From contig JAHQWL010000040.1 in assembly GCA_029856155.1 (NCBI GenBank), forward strand, positions 32,001 through 96,000: a stretch of DNA of 64,000 bases. The letters run 5' to 3'. The notes beneath the pieces were generated by a model, which saw only the letters and a list, made by a program, of their open reading frames with translations, was not told the DNA's origin and made no database searches. Positions within the stretch are counted from its first letter, which is position 1. Each line of letters starts with the position of its first letter. The position numbers and the translations under genes are program-made. This stretch comes from Promethearchaeia archaeon. Its GTDB lineage: Archaea; Asgardarchaeota; Lokiarchaeia; Sigyniarchaeales; SOKP01. Of this stretch, positions 19,137 to 28,354 are shown piece after piece.

Positions 19137-20447
19137 TTATATCTCAAGATTAATTTCCCCGTACGTTCCTCCTCCCCCTGGAGTATAATTAATCTCGTCA
19201 TTTCTCATTGCTTTTATAATTGACGCTATATTCTCATTAAACTTTTTAATATGATTAATAGGTGTATCGATTATTATCTCAAATTCTGAACCTAACTTTT
19301 CAATAATATTATTATAAGCATTGAGTACCGTTTTACTAGTTTTACTTGTTATGTGTTTCACTGAACGTATGATATCGATTAATGGAACAGCATTAATATA
19401 ATCTGGTCTGTGATCTGGATGATTGGGTTTTTCACTAGTTGAAATCAGATCTATTCTTTCACTTACACCCAATTTTATTTTATAATTTTTACTTAATTCT
19501 TTCTTACAAGAAGGACATACTATTTTGGCCTTATTTACTTGACTAATATAATCTCGTTTAGCGATATCGGGATCATTAGTATATATAATTATAAAATTCT
19601 CTGTTATCGAATATTGGCTAAAGACGTCATTAAACGACTTTCTTGTTTTTTTAAAAAGAATTCTTCTTCTACATTTATTGCAAAACATATTATAATATTT
19701 TCCGAGTTTAGGATGCAACCCTACATTTAGTGATATTTTTCTATTATCTTTTCTTCTTATCGCTAATACTATTTCTTCAAAGGAGGGGTTATCAATATCA
19801 AATCTATTAAATTCTCGGCCTAAAGAGCGTGGTCCTTGTGAATGTGCATCGCTATTACTTAGAAAAGTTACATCTCTTAAACATTCCAATCTGTCTGCAA
19901 GATTCGTATTGGCAGATAATCCAAGTTCTATAAAATGAACTTTTTTTGTAGCATCTTGATAACAATCTGAAAGAGTTTCAAATCTATTTTGCCGAAATAT
20001 CGCTTTAAAAGGAGTAAAAGCGTGAGCAGGACCAATTAAAGCACCTTCATCTGAGATTATATCAACCAATTCTGCGGGAGGTAAATTAACCCTTGGACGT
20101 CCACCCCATTCACCCAAAATATTACTTGAATAAGGTTCTAATTTCTTTTGAATATTTCTAACCATCTCAAAATCTTCAAAAATGACAACTTCATGAACAC
20201 TTTCTTGATCTTCTATTTCAGATTGAAGAATAAAATTAACATCTTTATAATTATAGGCTCTATCTTTATTTTTTTCTAGTTTTTGTTCTAAATATTTTAA
20301 CCAATCTGGCTGTAAAACATCTCCAGTTCCTAAAATATTTAAACCTTTTTTTTTGCAGGTATCGATCATAGTATCTAAATTTAAAGATTTTGATACTCCA
20401 ATAGAATGGGGGGAATGAATGTGTAAGTCAGCATTGAAAAAATTCAT
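19137..20447 (-). CDS. PHP-domain endonuclease Q-like protein
   Basis: DLHIHS, PAHAFTP, ELGLSA, SNSDAHS, LGRE, GKY..C..C, C..C, PGGGGTYG. Confidence 0.85.
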   Translation of the reverse strand: MNFFNADLHIHSPHSIGVSKSLNLDTMIDTCKKKGLNILGTGDVLQPDWLKYLEQKLEKNKDRAYNYKDVNFILQSEIEDQESVHEVVIFEDFEMVRNIQKKLEPYSSNILGEWGGRPRVNLPPAELVDIISDEGALIGPAHAFTPFKAIFRQNRFETLSDCYQDATKKVHFIELGLSANTNLADRLECLRDVTFLSNSDAHSQGPRSLGREFNRFDIDNPSFEEIVLAIRRKDNRKISLNVGLHPKLGKYYNMFCNKCRRRILFKKTRKSFNDVFSQYSITENFIIIYTNDPDIAKRDYISQVNKAKIVCPSCKKELSKNYKIKLGVSERIDLISTSEKPNHPDHRPDYINAVPLIDIIRSVKHITSKTSKTVLNAYNNIIEKLGSEFEIIIDTPINHIKKFNENIASIIKAMRNDEINYTPGGGGTYGEINLEI

Positions 20448-20519
20448 TTTTTATCCAAATTAAATAGTAGTGTTATAAATATTTTTAATTAAATTGAATT
20501 AAGAGTATTTTATTTATGA

Positions 20520-21566
20520 TTAAATAATGATCATTTTATCTTGAATTTGATCACTTAATAGAACTCTAAAATATTCTAATTCCTTCTTGAAAATTACTTT
20601 TTCTAACTTTCCTTCAACTAATACTTTTTCATTTTCTCTTGCGTGCTCACAAAAGCGACCTCTGAATGAGCTGATTTCACTAATATCTTTTATATTAATT
20701 TTGTTTGAATTATTACTAATTTCAAGAATTTTTAAAGGATTGATTTTATATGAACAAGGTGTAAAAATAGAGTCTCTTGAATCTATGATGTGTGCTTTAA
20801 GTTTAATTCTACCAAAATTTTTATATTGATAATCATAAAAATTTCCTTTCCAATCGTTGGGGCTTTTAATATATCTAATAAAAAAATCGGTATCCATATA
20901 TTTTCCCTGATGCTGTTTTCTTTGTTCACTTCTCAGAAAATCTTCAAATGGAATATTAGAACCACCTACTCTCCAATTATAATGCGATTTATATTCATCT
21001 ATATTATACTTCCGACAATTATTTGATTTCTCAAAGATTTTTACCAATTTTTCTTGAAATTTAACACTTGTTTCTGTACCATAAATTATTATGTCAATGT
21101 CAGATTCTTCAGTATTCAGTCCCACCATTATTGATCCTGTAATCCCTATTGAACCCTCAGAAAGATTTCCTTGCGAGCTAAATAATTCACATAATGTTCT
21201 AGAACGCTTTTCGCTAGTTGATAATATTTTTTTTTCTAATAGTTTTTTAAAGCAGTTTCGTGGGGTATAAATTTTTTTTATTTCTTTTTCTTTAACTCCT
21301 TGGACCTCTAAATCAAGTTCTTTAGAAAAAAAAAGATATTCTGGATATTTTTCTCTCAAAAGGGCATATCTATCTTCTAATTTGTAAATTTTTTTAAAAT
21401 TAATACCATTTTTTATCCGGGATCCCTCTGGATGAGGAAAAAATCGTAAAAAGCATATGATATAATCATTTGGATGGAGAAGACCTTTTACATCAAAAAA
21501 TAAATTATCATTTTTTGTTTCTATATAATCTCCTTCAATTCCTTTTAGAATTTTCATGAAATTCAC
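20520..21566 (-). CDS. Archaeal DNA polymerase beta-like nucleotidyltransferase
   Basis: GITGS...SDIDIIIYG motif; F.VKG..HP N-terminus. Confidence 0.8.
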   Translation of the reverse strand: MNFMKILKGIEGDYIETKNDNLFFDVKGLLHPNDYIICFLRFFPHPEGSRIKNGINFKKIYKLEDRYALLREKYPEYLFFSKELDLEVQGVKEKEIKKIYTPRNCFKKLLEKKILSTSEKRSRTLCELFSSQGNLSEGSIGITGSIMVGLNTEESDIDIIIYGTETSVKFQEKLVKIFEKSNNCRKYNIDEYKSHYNWRVGGSNIPFEDFLRSEQRKQHQGKYMDTDFFIRYIKSPNDWKGNFYDYQYKNFGRIKLKAHIIDSRDSIFTPCSYKINPLKILEISNNSNKINIKDISEISSFRGRFCEHARENEKVLVEGKLEKVIFKKELEYFRVLLSDQIQDKMIII

Positions 21567-21577
21567 AATTCAATTTA

Positions 21578-22735
21578 TTAATAACCAGAGGGAGTTTTTG
21601 TTTTAATATCTGATGGAGTCTTTGTGTTAATTGAGGGAGTTTTCTTTCTTATCTTTCTCAATTCTCTTTCAAATGCCTTTTTCTCATTTAGAAATCGTTG
21701 TTGATCTTTTTCTAATTTTTCTCTTTCACGTTTGATAATATTTTTATCACTTTCTAAGTTCGCTTTTTGCTTTTCCAGTTGTCTATATTCATTGTTTAAT
21801 CTGTTAAATTTTTCCTCTAAATTTGGAATTTTGTGATTCAAGGAGTGATATTTATTTTCTAGGGCAGGAATTTTTTTTTCTAATTCTTTTAATCTTGCTT
21901 CTTGTTGATGTCTTCTTTTTTCCAAATCATTTACATTCCTTTCTATCTTATCTTTATATTTTTTTAGATCTGCTTTTTTCTTATCAATTTCACGAGTTTT
22001 TAGGTCAATATCTTGCTTTTTATAACGAGTTTTTTCTCGTTCTTCTTTTAATTTTTTCTTTTCGTCAGAGATTCGATTTTTTTCATCACTAATCTCTCTC
22101 CTTAGACTATTAATTTCCTTATTTAAATTATCCCGATCTTTAGTTAAATCTTTGATTTCGTTTCTTAAATCCATTAACTTAGATTCTAGATCATTAATAG
22201 TTCTTTCTAAAGCATTTTCTCTTCTTTCCATACCAGGAATTTTTGTTTTTATTTCCTTTATTCGTTTTTCTGTCCGTTGTTTTTCCCATTCTAGATTCTT
22301 TTTTTGATCCCCGATATCCTCTCTCAATTTATCTAATTTTTCTTGAAATCTCTCTAATTCAGCATTTTTTTGATCTAATTCCTGATTTTTATTTCTGATT
22401 TTTTCTCTAAATTGTTGTTCTTTAGTTGTTAAATCACTATTCTGTTGTTTTATTTGATTTTTCGTTCTTTCTAACTCATCTCGTAAGTTATCTCGTTGTT
22501 CAAGGAGATATTTAATTTTAAGTTCTTTTTCTTTTCTTTTTTTCTCAAGATCTTCAACATTTTCTTTATAATTTTCAATTTGATTAATAACTTTTTCCCA
22601 TTCACTCTTTTCTTTATCTAACTTGATCCTTTCTTTTTTTAGTTTTTTAAGCAATTTTTTATCCGAAATTGTATCTAGTTTTTCATCTGGTGTTTTTTCT
22701 CGAATTTGATACTTAGGAATTGGTTCGTCGTTCAT
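21578..22735 (-). CDS. Long coiled-coil protein with terminal KTP repeats
   Basis: ~340 aa of E/K/R/L heptads; C-terminus KKTPSINTKTPSDIKTKTPSGY. Confidence 0.8.
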   Translation of the reverse strand: MNDEPIPKYQIREKTPDEKLDTISDKKLLKKLKKERIKLDKEKSEWEKVINQIENYKENVEDLEKKRKEKELKIKYLLEQRDNLRDELERTKNQIKQQNSDLTTKEQQFREKIRNKNQELDQKNAELERFQEKLDKLREDIGDQKKNLEWEKQRTEKRIKEIKTKIPGMERRENALERTINDLESKLMDLRNEIKDLTKDRDNLNKEINSLRREISDEKNRISDEKKKLKEEREKTRYKKQDIDLKTREIDKKKADLKKYKDKIERNVNDLEKRRHQQEARLKELEKKIPALENKYHSLNHKIPNLEEKFNRLNNEYRQLEKQKANLESDKNIIKREREKLEKDQQRFLNEKKAFERELRKIRKKTPSINTKTPSDIKTKTPSGY

Positions 22736-22935
22736 AACGGTTCAATTTTTAATATACTCTATTAATAAATTCATATGAATATTGACTCTAAAGTGTTTGC
22801 TAATCAAGACTTTAATATTAAAATTTTTAATTTTGTTGATTCTATTTATATAGCTTAATTTCTATTATTTTCATATAATCATAGCAAAAAAAGTACAAGA
22901 TTTATATTTAAAATATAATTATTGAGGTTTATTTT

Positions 22936-23361
22936 ATGGGTTTTGATAATGAATTTGATGATGAATTTGATGAACAAGAATTTGATGAAGATTTAGAAGA
23001 ATTAGAAGAAGAGTCTGAAGAAAATACAGAAGAAGATAAAGAAGAACCTTTTGAAAAGATTCCTGAGGAAGAAGTTGAAACAAAAACTCCTACTACTAAA
23101 ATTGTTTCTGGAGGGAAGAAGATTTCAGTATATTTTATGTCTACCATTGGTCCAGGTGAGAAAAAACAAAAACTAACTGTTAATGATGGAAATCTTGTCG
23201 GTGATATTAAAGAAACCGTAGCAAATTTATTTGGTTTAGATCCTGCTGACTTTCATTTATCTTGTGGTGGTATAACAATGGATGAAACTAATTCTTTAAG
23301 CTATTATACTATTTCTGATGGAGATGATATACTTTTAATTCCAGCTAGTACTGCCGGTTAA
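22936..23361 (+). CDS. Ubiquitin-like (beta-grasp) protein 1 with acidic N-terminal tail, ends STAG
   Basis: KLTV...VGDIKE.VA..FGL....FHL..GG..MDE..SL..Y.I.DGD.I.L ubiquitin-fold pattern. Confidence 0.85.
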   Translation: MGFDNEFDDEFDEQEFDEDLEELEEESEENTEEDKEEPFEKIPEEEVETKTPTTKIVSGGKKISVYFMSTIGPGEKKQKLTVNDGNLVGDIKETVANLFGLDPADFHLSCGGITMDETNSLSYYTISDGDDILLIPASTAG

Positions 23362-23406
23362 ATCTTTCTTATAGAAATAAAGGGTTTTAAAATTAAGGTC
23401 GCTTTT

Positions 23407-24204
23407 TTAATTTTTCTCTTTTCGTGAGGGAATTAGAGCAATTTCATCGTCATCATCGATACTATAGTCCTTTATTTGTGAGTTCTCATCTAATAATATC
23501 CCCCCGGAAGATAAGAGAAAATCATGTTGTTCATAATCAAATAATAGTGCAATTTTCTCTTTAACTGCTCTTGCTGATTCATCTGTATCTATTATTATAA
23601 TTTTCGTTTTCTCACCCGGTTCCAATAGTGATCGTATATATACGCGAATTTGATCTTCTATTTCTATAGAACTTTTAGGAGGTGTATAAGTTATTGCACC
23701 ATTAATATTATCTCTGTTTTCCAACATATTTTCGATTAACTCTTTTCTCTCATTTGGGTCAAAATATATCATTTCTCTGATAAACAATATCTTGTCCATT
23801 TTTGATAACCCCAATAAGTTGATTTTATTTAATTCTTCCTGACTTAAGATTGAAAAAATATATTTATCAATAATTGGCATATCCTTATAGGACTCATTTG
23901 ATTCAACATAAGCTTCTATTGAGGGCAAAGCATCAATATAATCTTCAATAATAGTGAAATTGTTCTTTTGAATTGACTTTGGTTTTGCGATATACTTTTT
24001 ATCTTTTATCGTCTTGAAGGGACTACTACTTTTAGACTGTAAAACTGAATAAATTGTACTAGTGGATAAAACAGCAACACTACCAATAGTAAGAACAAGA
24101 AATAATGGCGTATTTTCTATGTGATATAGGAAAAAAAAGACATAGAACAAAATACACACAATATAAAGAGCGAAAACACTTAAAATTCTATAATTTTTTC
24201 TCAT
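23407..24204 (-). CDS. Membrane-anchored protein with C-terminal ubiquitin-like domain
   Basis: Two N-terminal TM segments; C-terminal domain (PGEK...FLLSSGGILLDENSQIKDYSIDDDDEIALIPS) is paralogous to the Ubls; no terminal Gly. Confidence 0.8.
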   Translation of the reverse strand: MRKNYRILSVFALYIVCILFYVFFFLYHIENTPLFLVLTIGSVAVLSTSTIYSVLQSKSSSPFKTIKDKKYIAKPKSIQKNNFTIIEDYIDALPSIEAYVESNESYKDMPIIDKYIFSILSQEELNKINLLGLSKMDKILFIREMIYFDPNERKELIENMLENRDNINGAITYTPPKSSIEIEDQIRVYIRSLLEPGEKTKIIIIDTDESARAVKEKIALLFDYEQHDFLLSSGGILLDENSQIKDYSIDDDDEIALIPSRKEKN

Positions 24205-24289
24205 GATTTTTTAATTAGATTGTTTTCTGAATTTAAAATATTTAATTTAAAATTTAAATGGGATTGGAATAAAATTGGAGTTTTTAATC

Positions 24290-24961
24290 TCATTCACCTT
24301 GAATTGATTTTCTCACATTGAAATATTTTCTAAGATCTAATTTGAATATATTCCTATTTTTTTCTTTTTCAGTTTTTATTAACTTTAAATCTATTAAAAT
24401 ATCTATATATTTTTTAATAGTGCTATGATTCTTTTTTAAACCATCTGCTATCTCTGTGATTTTTAATGCTTTATTTTCAATTCTCATAAATTCTATTATA
24501 TCTTGAACGAGATTCTTTTTCAAATAATAGTGAAACGGGTCAAGTTTTGGATTTGAATCAAATTTGAAGAACATTCTATGATTATTGATTTGTTTTGACC
24601 TAACAAATTGAAATTTTTCTAAGCATGATAAATGCCATAAAGCTTGATTACTGCCAATTTTTAGAACCTTCATTATTTCATTAATATTTGATGGATTTTT
24701 TTTTATAAAATTGAAGATTTCATTTCTTATAGGGTGTTCTATAATATTATTTTTCATTAATTTTGTTCCAGGGATAATAATACGCCGTTTAATTAAATCC
24801 TTTAAAACTAACTCGATTCTATTCTCGTTTATATTAGGGTTGTATCGTACTCTATTATTTATAAAGGAGATAATTTCTCTAATTGAAAAGAAGGTTTTCT
24901 TTTTTAAATACTCCCTTACTAATTCAAGAACAACAGATTCCGTATTATCCAGATGATTCAT
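24290..24961 (-). CDS. Multi winged-helix transcriptional regulator (ArsR-like)
   Basis: R..IF.FI..NP..INEI..L.IG....WHL..LE and a second HTH ITEIA.GLKKNHSTIKKY. Confidence 0.75.
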   Translation of the reverse strand: MNHLDNTESVVLELVREYLKKKTFFSIREIISFINNRVRYNPNINENRIELVLKDLIKRRIIIPGTKLMKNNIIEHPIRNEIFNFIKKNPSNINEIMKVLKIGSNQALWHLSCLEKFQFVRSKQINNHRMFFKFDSNPKLDPFHYYLKKNLVQDIIEFMRIENKALKITEIADGLKKNHSTIKKYIDILIDLKLIKTEKEKNRNIFKLDLRKYFNVRKSIQGE

Positions 24962-25229
24962 AAGTCTTTACTTTTATTCCGTCAATTGATCCGGTTTTTA
25001 TAATTATATACTCTCTCTACAACAACTTTTCATAATTCATATATATATTGATAGGGTTTCATACAATTTATAATATAATTTCTTAAGAATTCTAATTTTC
25101 ACCTTTTTATTTTTGATAAGAACTTGAATACTTCAAAATCATTCCAAAGGGTTTTATAATATCTTTTTAACGCCATTTTATTAAGACTAATAAAAATTTA
25201 AAAATTAAAAATAAATGGAAGTGATATGA

Positions 25230-25562
25230 ATGAGTTTTGATGAATTTGATGAAGATTTAGGAGGAAATGAACCTGTAAAGTCTAAAACTCCTGCTAGTAA
25301 AACTCCCGCTGCAGGAAAGAAATTGACTTTATACTTTATGTCAACAATTGGTCCTGGCGAAAAGAAGGAAAAATTAACTGTAAATGACAGTAATCAAGTA
25401 AGAGACATTAAACAAACATTAGGAAATTTATATGGTCTTGATCCTAATGATTTCCATATTTCTAGTGGAGGGGTGACTATGGATGAAAATAGTTCCCTAA
25501 GCGACTATGATGTAAATGATGGTGACGATATTCTATTAATTCCCGCCAGTACAGCTGGTTAG
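25230..25562 (+). CDS. Ubiquitin-like protein 2, ends STAG
   Basis: Close paralog of Ubl1 (YFMSTIGPGEKK..LTVND; DGDDILLIPASTAG); first gene before E1. Confidence 0.88.
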   Translation: MSFDEFDEDLGGNEPVKSKTPASKTPAAGKKLTLYFMSTIGPGEKKEKLTVNDSNQVRDIKQTLGNLYGLDPNDFHISSGGVTMDENSSLSDYDVNDGDDILLIPASTAG

Positions 25563-25646
25563 ACTTATAAAACTTTCTTCATAAAATATAATATAAGTTA
25601 AGGGCATTTAGCCCTTCAATTTTTTTTATTTTTTTTGTAAAACTTA

Positions 25647-26906
25647 ATGGTGATAATATTGGATAAGGATACAGATTTTTTCGCAAAAGAATTGTCAGTG
25701 GAAGAGAGAGACCTTTATGACCGCCAATTTCGTTTGGAGGGATGGTCCCAGAAATTGGTAAAGAATTCAAGAGTTCTTATAGTTGGGGTTGGAGGTTTAG
25801 GTTGTGAAATTGCTAAAAACTTAGCTATGCTCGGTGTTGGTCACCTTGATCTTATTGATTTAGACATTATTGAACATTCTAATTTAAACCGTCAAGTTCT
25901 TTTTACGGGAGCAAAGATAGGAGAACCTAAGGCAGTTGTTGCAGCTCGAAAGTTGAAAGAAATTAATCCTAACATTATTGTTAAGGGATACCATACCTCT
26001 CTAGAACGTTTGAATCCCACACTATACCAAGCTGCGGATGTTGTTATTGGAGGTCTTGATTCAATGAATGCACGTCTAAATTTAAATGCACAATGTATAA
26101 GATTTAGAAAGCCATTAGTAGATGGAGGAGTATCTGGTTATTATGGTCATGTATACACAGTTTTTCCGTATAAAAATGCTTGTTATGAATGCAATCCATT
26201 GCCAGTAGGGGAAACTGATGAAATGGCTGCTTGTACCGTAGTTGGTATCCCTCGAAAAAGGATCCATTGTGTTTTTAAAGGAGATATGGCATTTAGAGAA
26301 AAATTTGATAGAGATCCAAATCCAAAAAATGTAAATGATATTAAATTCATTCAAAAGGTTGCAAATGAACTAGTAACCAAGTATGATTTCTTTCCTGAAT
26401 ATACTAAGGATGATATTGTGAAAATCATTGATAGACACGATCCTGGTATAATAACTATAAATGCTGTTATTTCTGCATTACAATCACATGAAACCACTAA
26501 AATTCTTCATTGGAAAAAAGGTCATAAAGGATTAGGTGAACCTATTAGAAATTATGTGATCTATAATGCAATTACAATGAAATTTTATCATATTGAAAAA
26601 AAAAGAAATCCAGAATGTTCTCAATGTGGTAAACAGGTTCGTCGAATATCTATAAAATTGAGATCTCAATCACCTTGTATAAATATAATTAAAATATTGG
26701 AGAAAAACGGATTTAAATTAGATCCAGATTCTGAACCGATACTAACTTTACTGGATTTCAATGATATTATGGTAATTGATTTAGAAAAGAATCCAATTGA
26801 AAATCGTCTAAGAAATTACGAATTTATGACGGCAGCAGGGTTTAAAGGTGGAGAAATTTTTGTAACCTTAAAAATAAAACAAAATTTGAATCAGAAAAAG
26901 GTTTAA
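25647..26906 (+). CDS. E1 ubiquitin-like activating enzyme
   Basis: YDRQ, GVGGLG, DLD.IE.SNLNRQ, zinc ligands CYEC/CSQC, candidate catalytic Cys in AACT followed by PR..HC as in Uba3/Uba1-type E1s. Confidence 0.92.
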   Translation: MVIILDKDTDFFAKELSVEERDLYDRQFRLEGWSQKLVKNSRVLIVGVGGLGCEIAKNLAMLGVGHLDLIDLDIIEHSNLNRQVLFTGAKIGEPKAVVAARKLKEINPNIIVKGYHTSLERLNPTLYQAADVVIGGLDSMNARLNLNAQCIRFRKPLVDGGVSGYYGHVYTVFPYKNACYECNPLPVGETDEMAACTVVGIPRKRIHCVFKGDMAFREKFDRDPNPKNVNDIKFIQKVANELVTKYDFFPEYTKDDIVKIIDRHDPGIITINAVISALQSHETTKILHWKKGHKGLGEPIRNYVIYNAITMKFYHIEKKRNPECSQCGKQVRRISIKLRSQSPCINIIKILEKNGFKLDPDSEPILTLLDFNDIMVIDLEKNPIENRLRNYEFMTAAGFKGGEIFVTLKIKQNLNQKKV

Positions 26907-26973
26907 AATTAATATTATAAGAAAAAAACAATTATAAAATAAAAAATTAAAGATAATAATAAGGGTTGAGAAA

Positions 26974-27501
26974 ATGAGTATAAGAAGTAGTCGTATTTCC
27001 CGAGATTTTGCGGGATTAAAGAAAATGCTGAAAGAGGGTAGTCTTGTTCAATTAAACCCATTTAATCCTAAAAGGAAGAGTATTGATCATTTAGCAATTT
27101 CATTTAAAGGACCTAAAGGTACTGTTTATGCAGGTGGTCTTTTTAGGCTAGAATTGAAATTCCCAGCTCAATATCCTAATCAACCTCCTTTTGTTAGATT
27201 TCATACTCCAATTTGGCATCCAAATTTTTGGCCAAAACCATCTGAATATAAAGGACAAAGAAATATTTGTCTAGCGTTAGTAGATCCATCGTTTATAGGT
27301 AAAAAAGGGGGATGGAGTCCTTCAAAAACAGCTGTTACGGTTGTTCAAGCGATAATTGCTATGTTAAATACACGCGGTAAATATGTAAATCCTACTGATG
27401 TTTTCAATAAAAAAGCAGCAATTGAAATGATGAAAAATCCCAAATTTTTCGAGAAAAAAGTAAAAAATCTTGTTAAGAAGTATGCAAACAAAAAATGGTG
27501 A
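26974..27501 (+). CDS. E2 ubiquitin-conjugating enzyme
   Basis: GPKGTVYAGG.F, FP..YP..PP.V.F.TPIWHPN, NICL, WSP. Confidence 0.95.
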   Translation: MSIRSSRISRDFAGLKKMLKEGSLVQLNPFNPKRKSIDHLAISFKGPKGTVYAGGLFRLELKFPAQYPNQPPFVRFHTPIWHPNFWPKPSEYKGQRNICLALVDPSFIGKKGGWSPSKTAVTVVQAIIAMLNTRGKYVNPTDVFNKKAAIEMMKNPKFFEKKVKNLVKKYANKKW

Positions 27502-28325
27502 TTTTATCTATGGACGATAAAGAATCAGCCAAAAATTCAATCAAAGATACAATTAAGAGGAAGATAAAAGAAAAAATAAAACAAGAACTACTAGATGAAA
27601 TCTGTGAAGAACTAGCATTAGAAGAAGACGAATTAACAGAAGAAATTTCTTCAATTCTTACAAAAAAAACTTCTAATAAACCAACTATAAAACTTACAAA
27701 GATCCCTACAGCAGAAATTACAGAAAAAAAAGAGGTTGATATTCAAGAAGAAGAGAAAATCAATAAGGAAATTTATATTTCAGTAAAAGCGATCCTTAAA
27801 ATAGCGAGTCATGCACTTAAATATGCGAATTCTAAGATTCCAAGAGAAAAATGGGTGGAAGTTATAGGACTTTTAGCAGGAAAGATAGAAAAAAACAATG
27901 GTATCTTACATATTGAGGATGCTTATCCAATGGGGCATGGTACAGCTGTCTATGCTGAAATTAAAGATTATAAAAACTATGCTAGAGCATTCCAAGATAT
28001 TAAAAAACAAAGATTATTTATCTGTGGGTGGTATCATTCACACCCGAGCTATGGATGTTTTTTAAGTTCGGAAGATATGGGTACGCAAGCTAGATATCAA
28101 AAACTTTGGGATAAATCCGTTGCTCTTGTCATTGATCCATACCAAATTGATGGAAAATCCACAGGATTTGAAATATATACAGCGGATCTTAGAACTAAAA
28201 CATGGTATCCTTTAGTGTACGGAATTAAGGGATCACTAGATATTAAGATGCTTCCAGAAATTTTAAAATTTATGAATCCAATTATTGAAGGGAAAGCTGT
28301 ATACCTTGAATATGATGAAGATTAA
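27495..28325 (+). CDS. JAMM/MPN+ metalloprotease (Rpn11/CSN5-like)
   Basis: EVIGLL..GWYHSHP.YG..LS..D, VIDP; N-terminal acidic/coiled extension. Confidence 0.93.
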   Translation: MVILSMDDKESAKNSIKDTIKRKIKEKIKQELLDEICEELALEEDELTEEISSILTKKTSNKPTIKLTKIPTAEITEKKEVDIQEEEKINKEIYISVKAILKIASHALKYANSKIPREKWVEVIGLLAGKIEKNNGILHIEDAYPMGHGTAVYAEIKDYKNYARAFQDIKKQRLFICGWYHSHPSYGCFLSSEDMGTQARYQKLWDKSVALVIDPYQIDGKSTGFEIYTADLRTKTWYPLVYGIKGSLDIKMLPEILKFMNPIIEGKAVYLEYDED

Positions 28326-28354
28326 AATATAAGAAATTTGGTGATAATTAAACT

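Noticed and set aside
21578-22735. Coiled-coil protein as SMC, ESCRT-III or intermediate filament
   Set aside because: No Walker motifs, hinge or recognisable Snf7 pattern; compositional similarity only.
25647-26906. E1 as ThiF/MoeB sulfur-carrier activator (SAMP system)
   Set aside because: It has an extended catalytic-Cys region and is followed by E2, JAMM and RING-like genes; no rhodanese or Moco/thiamine genes adjacent.
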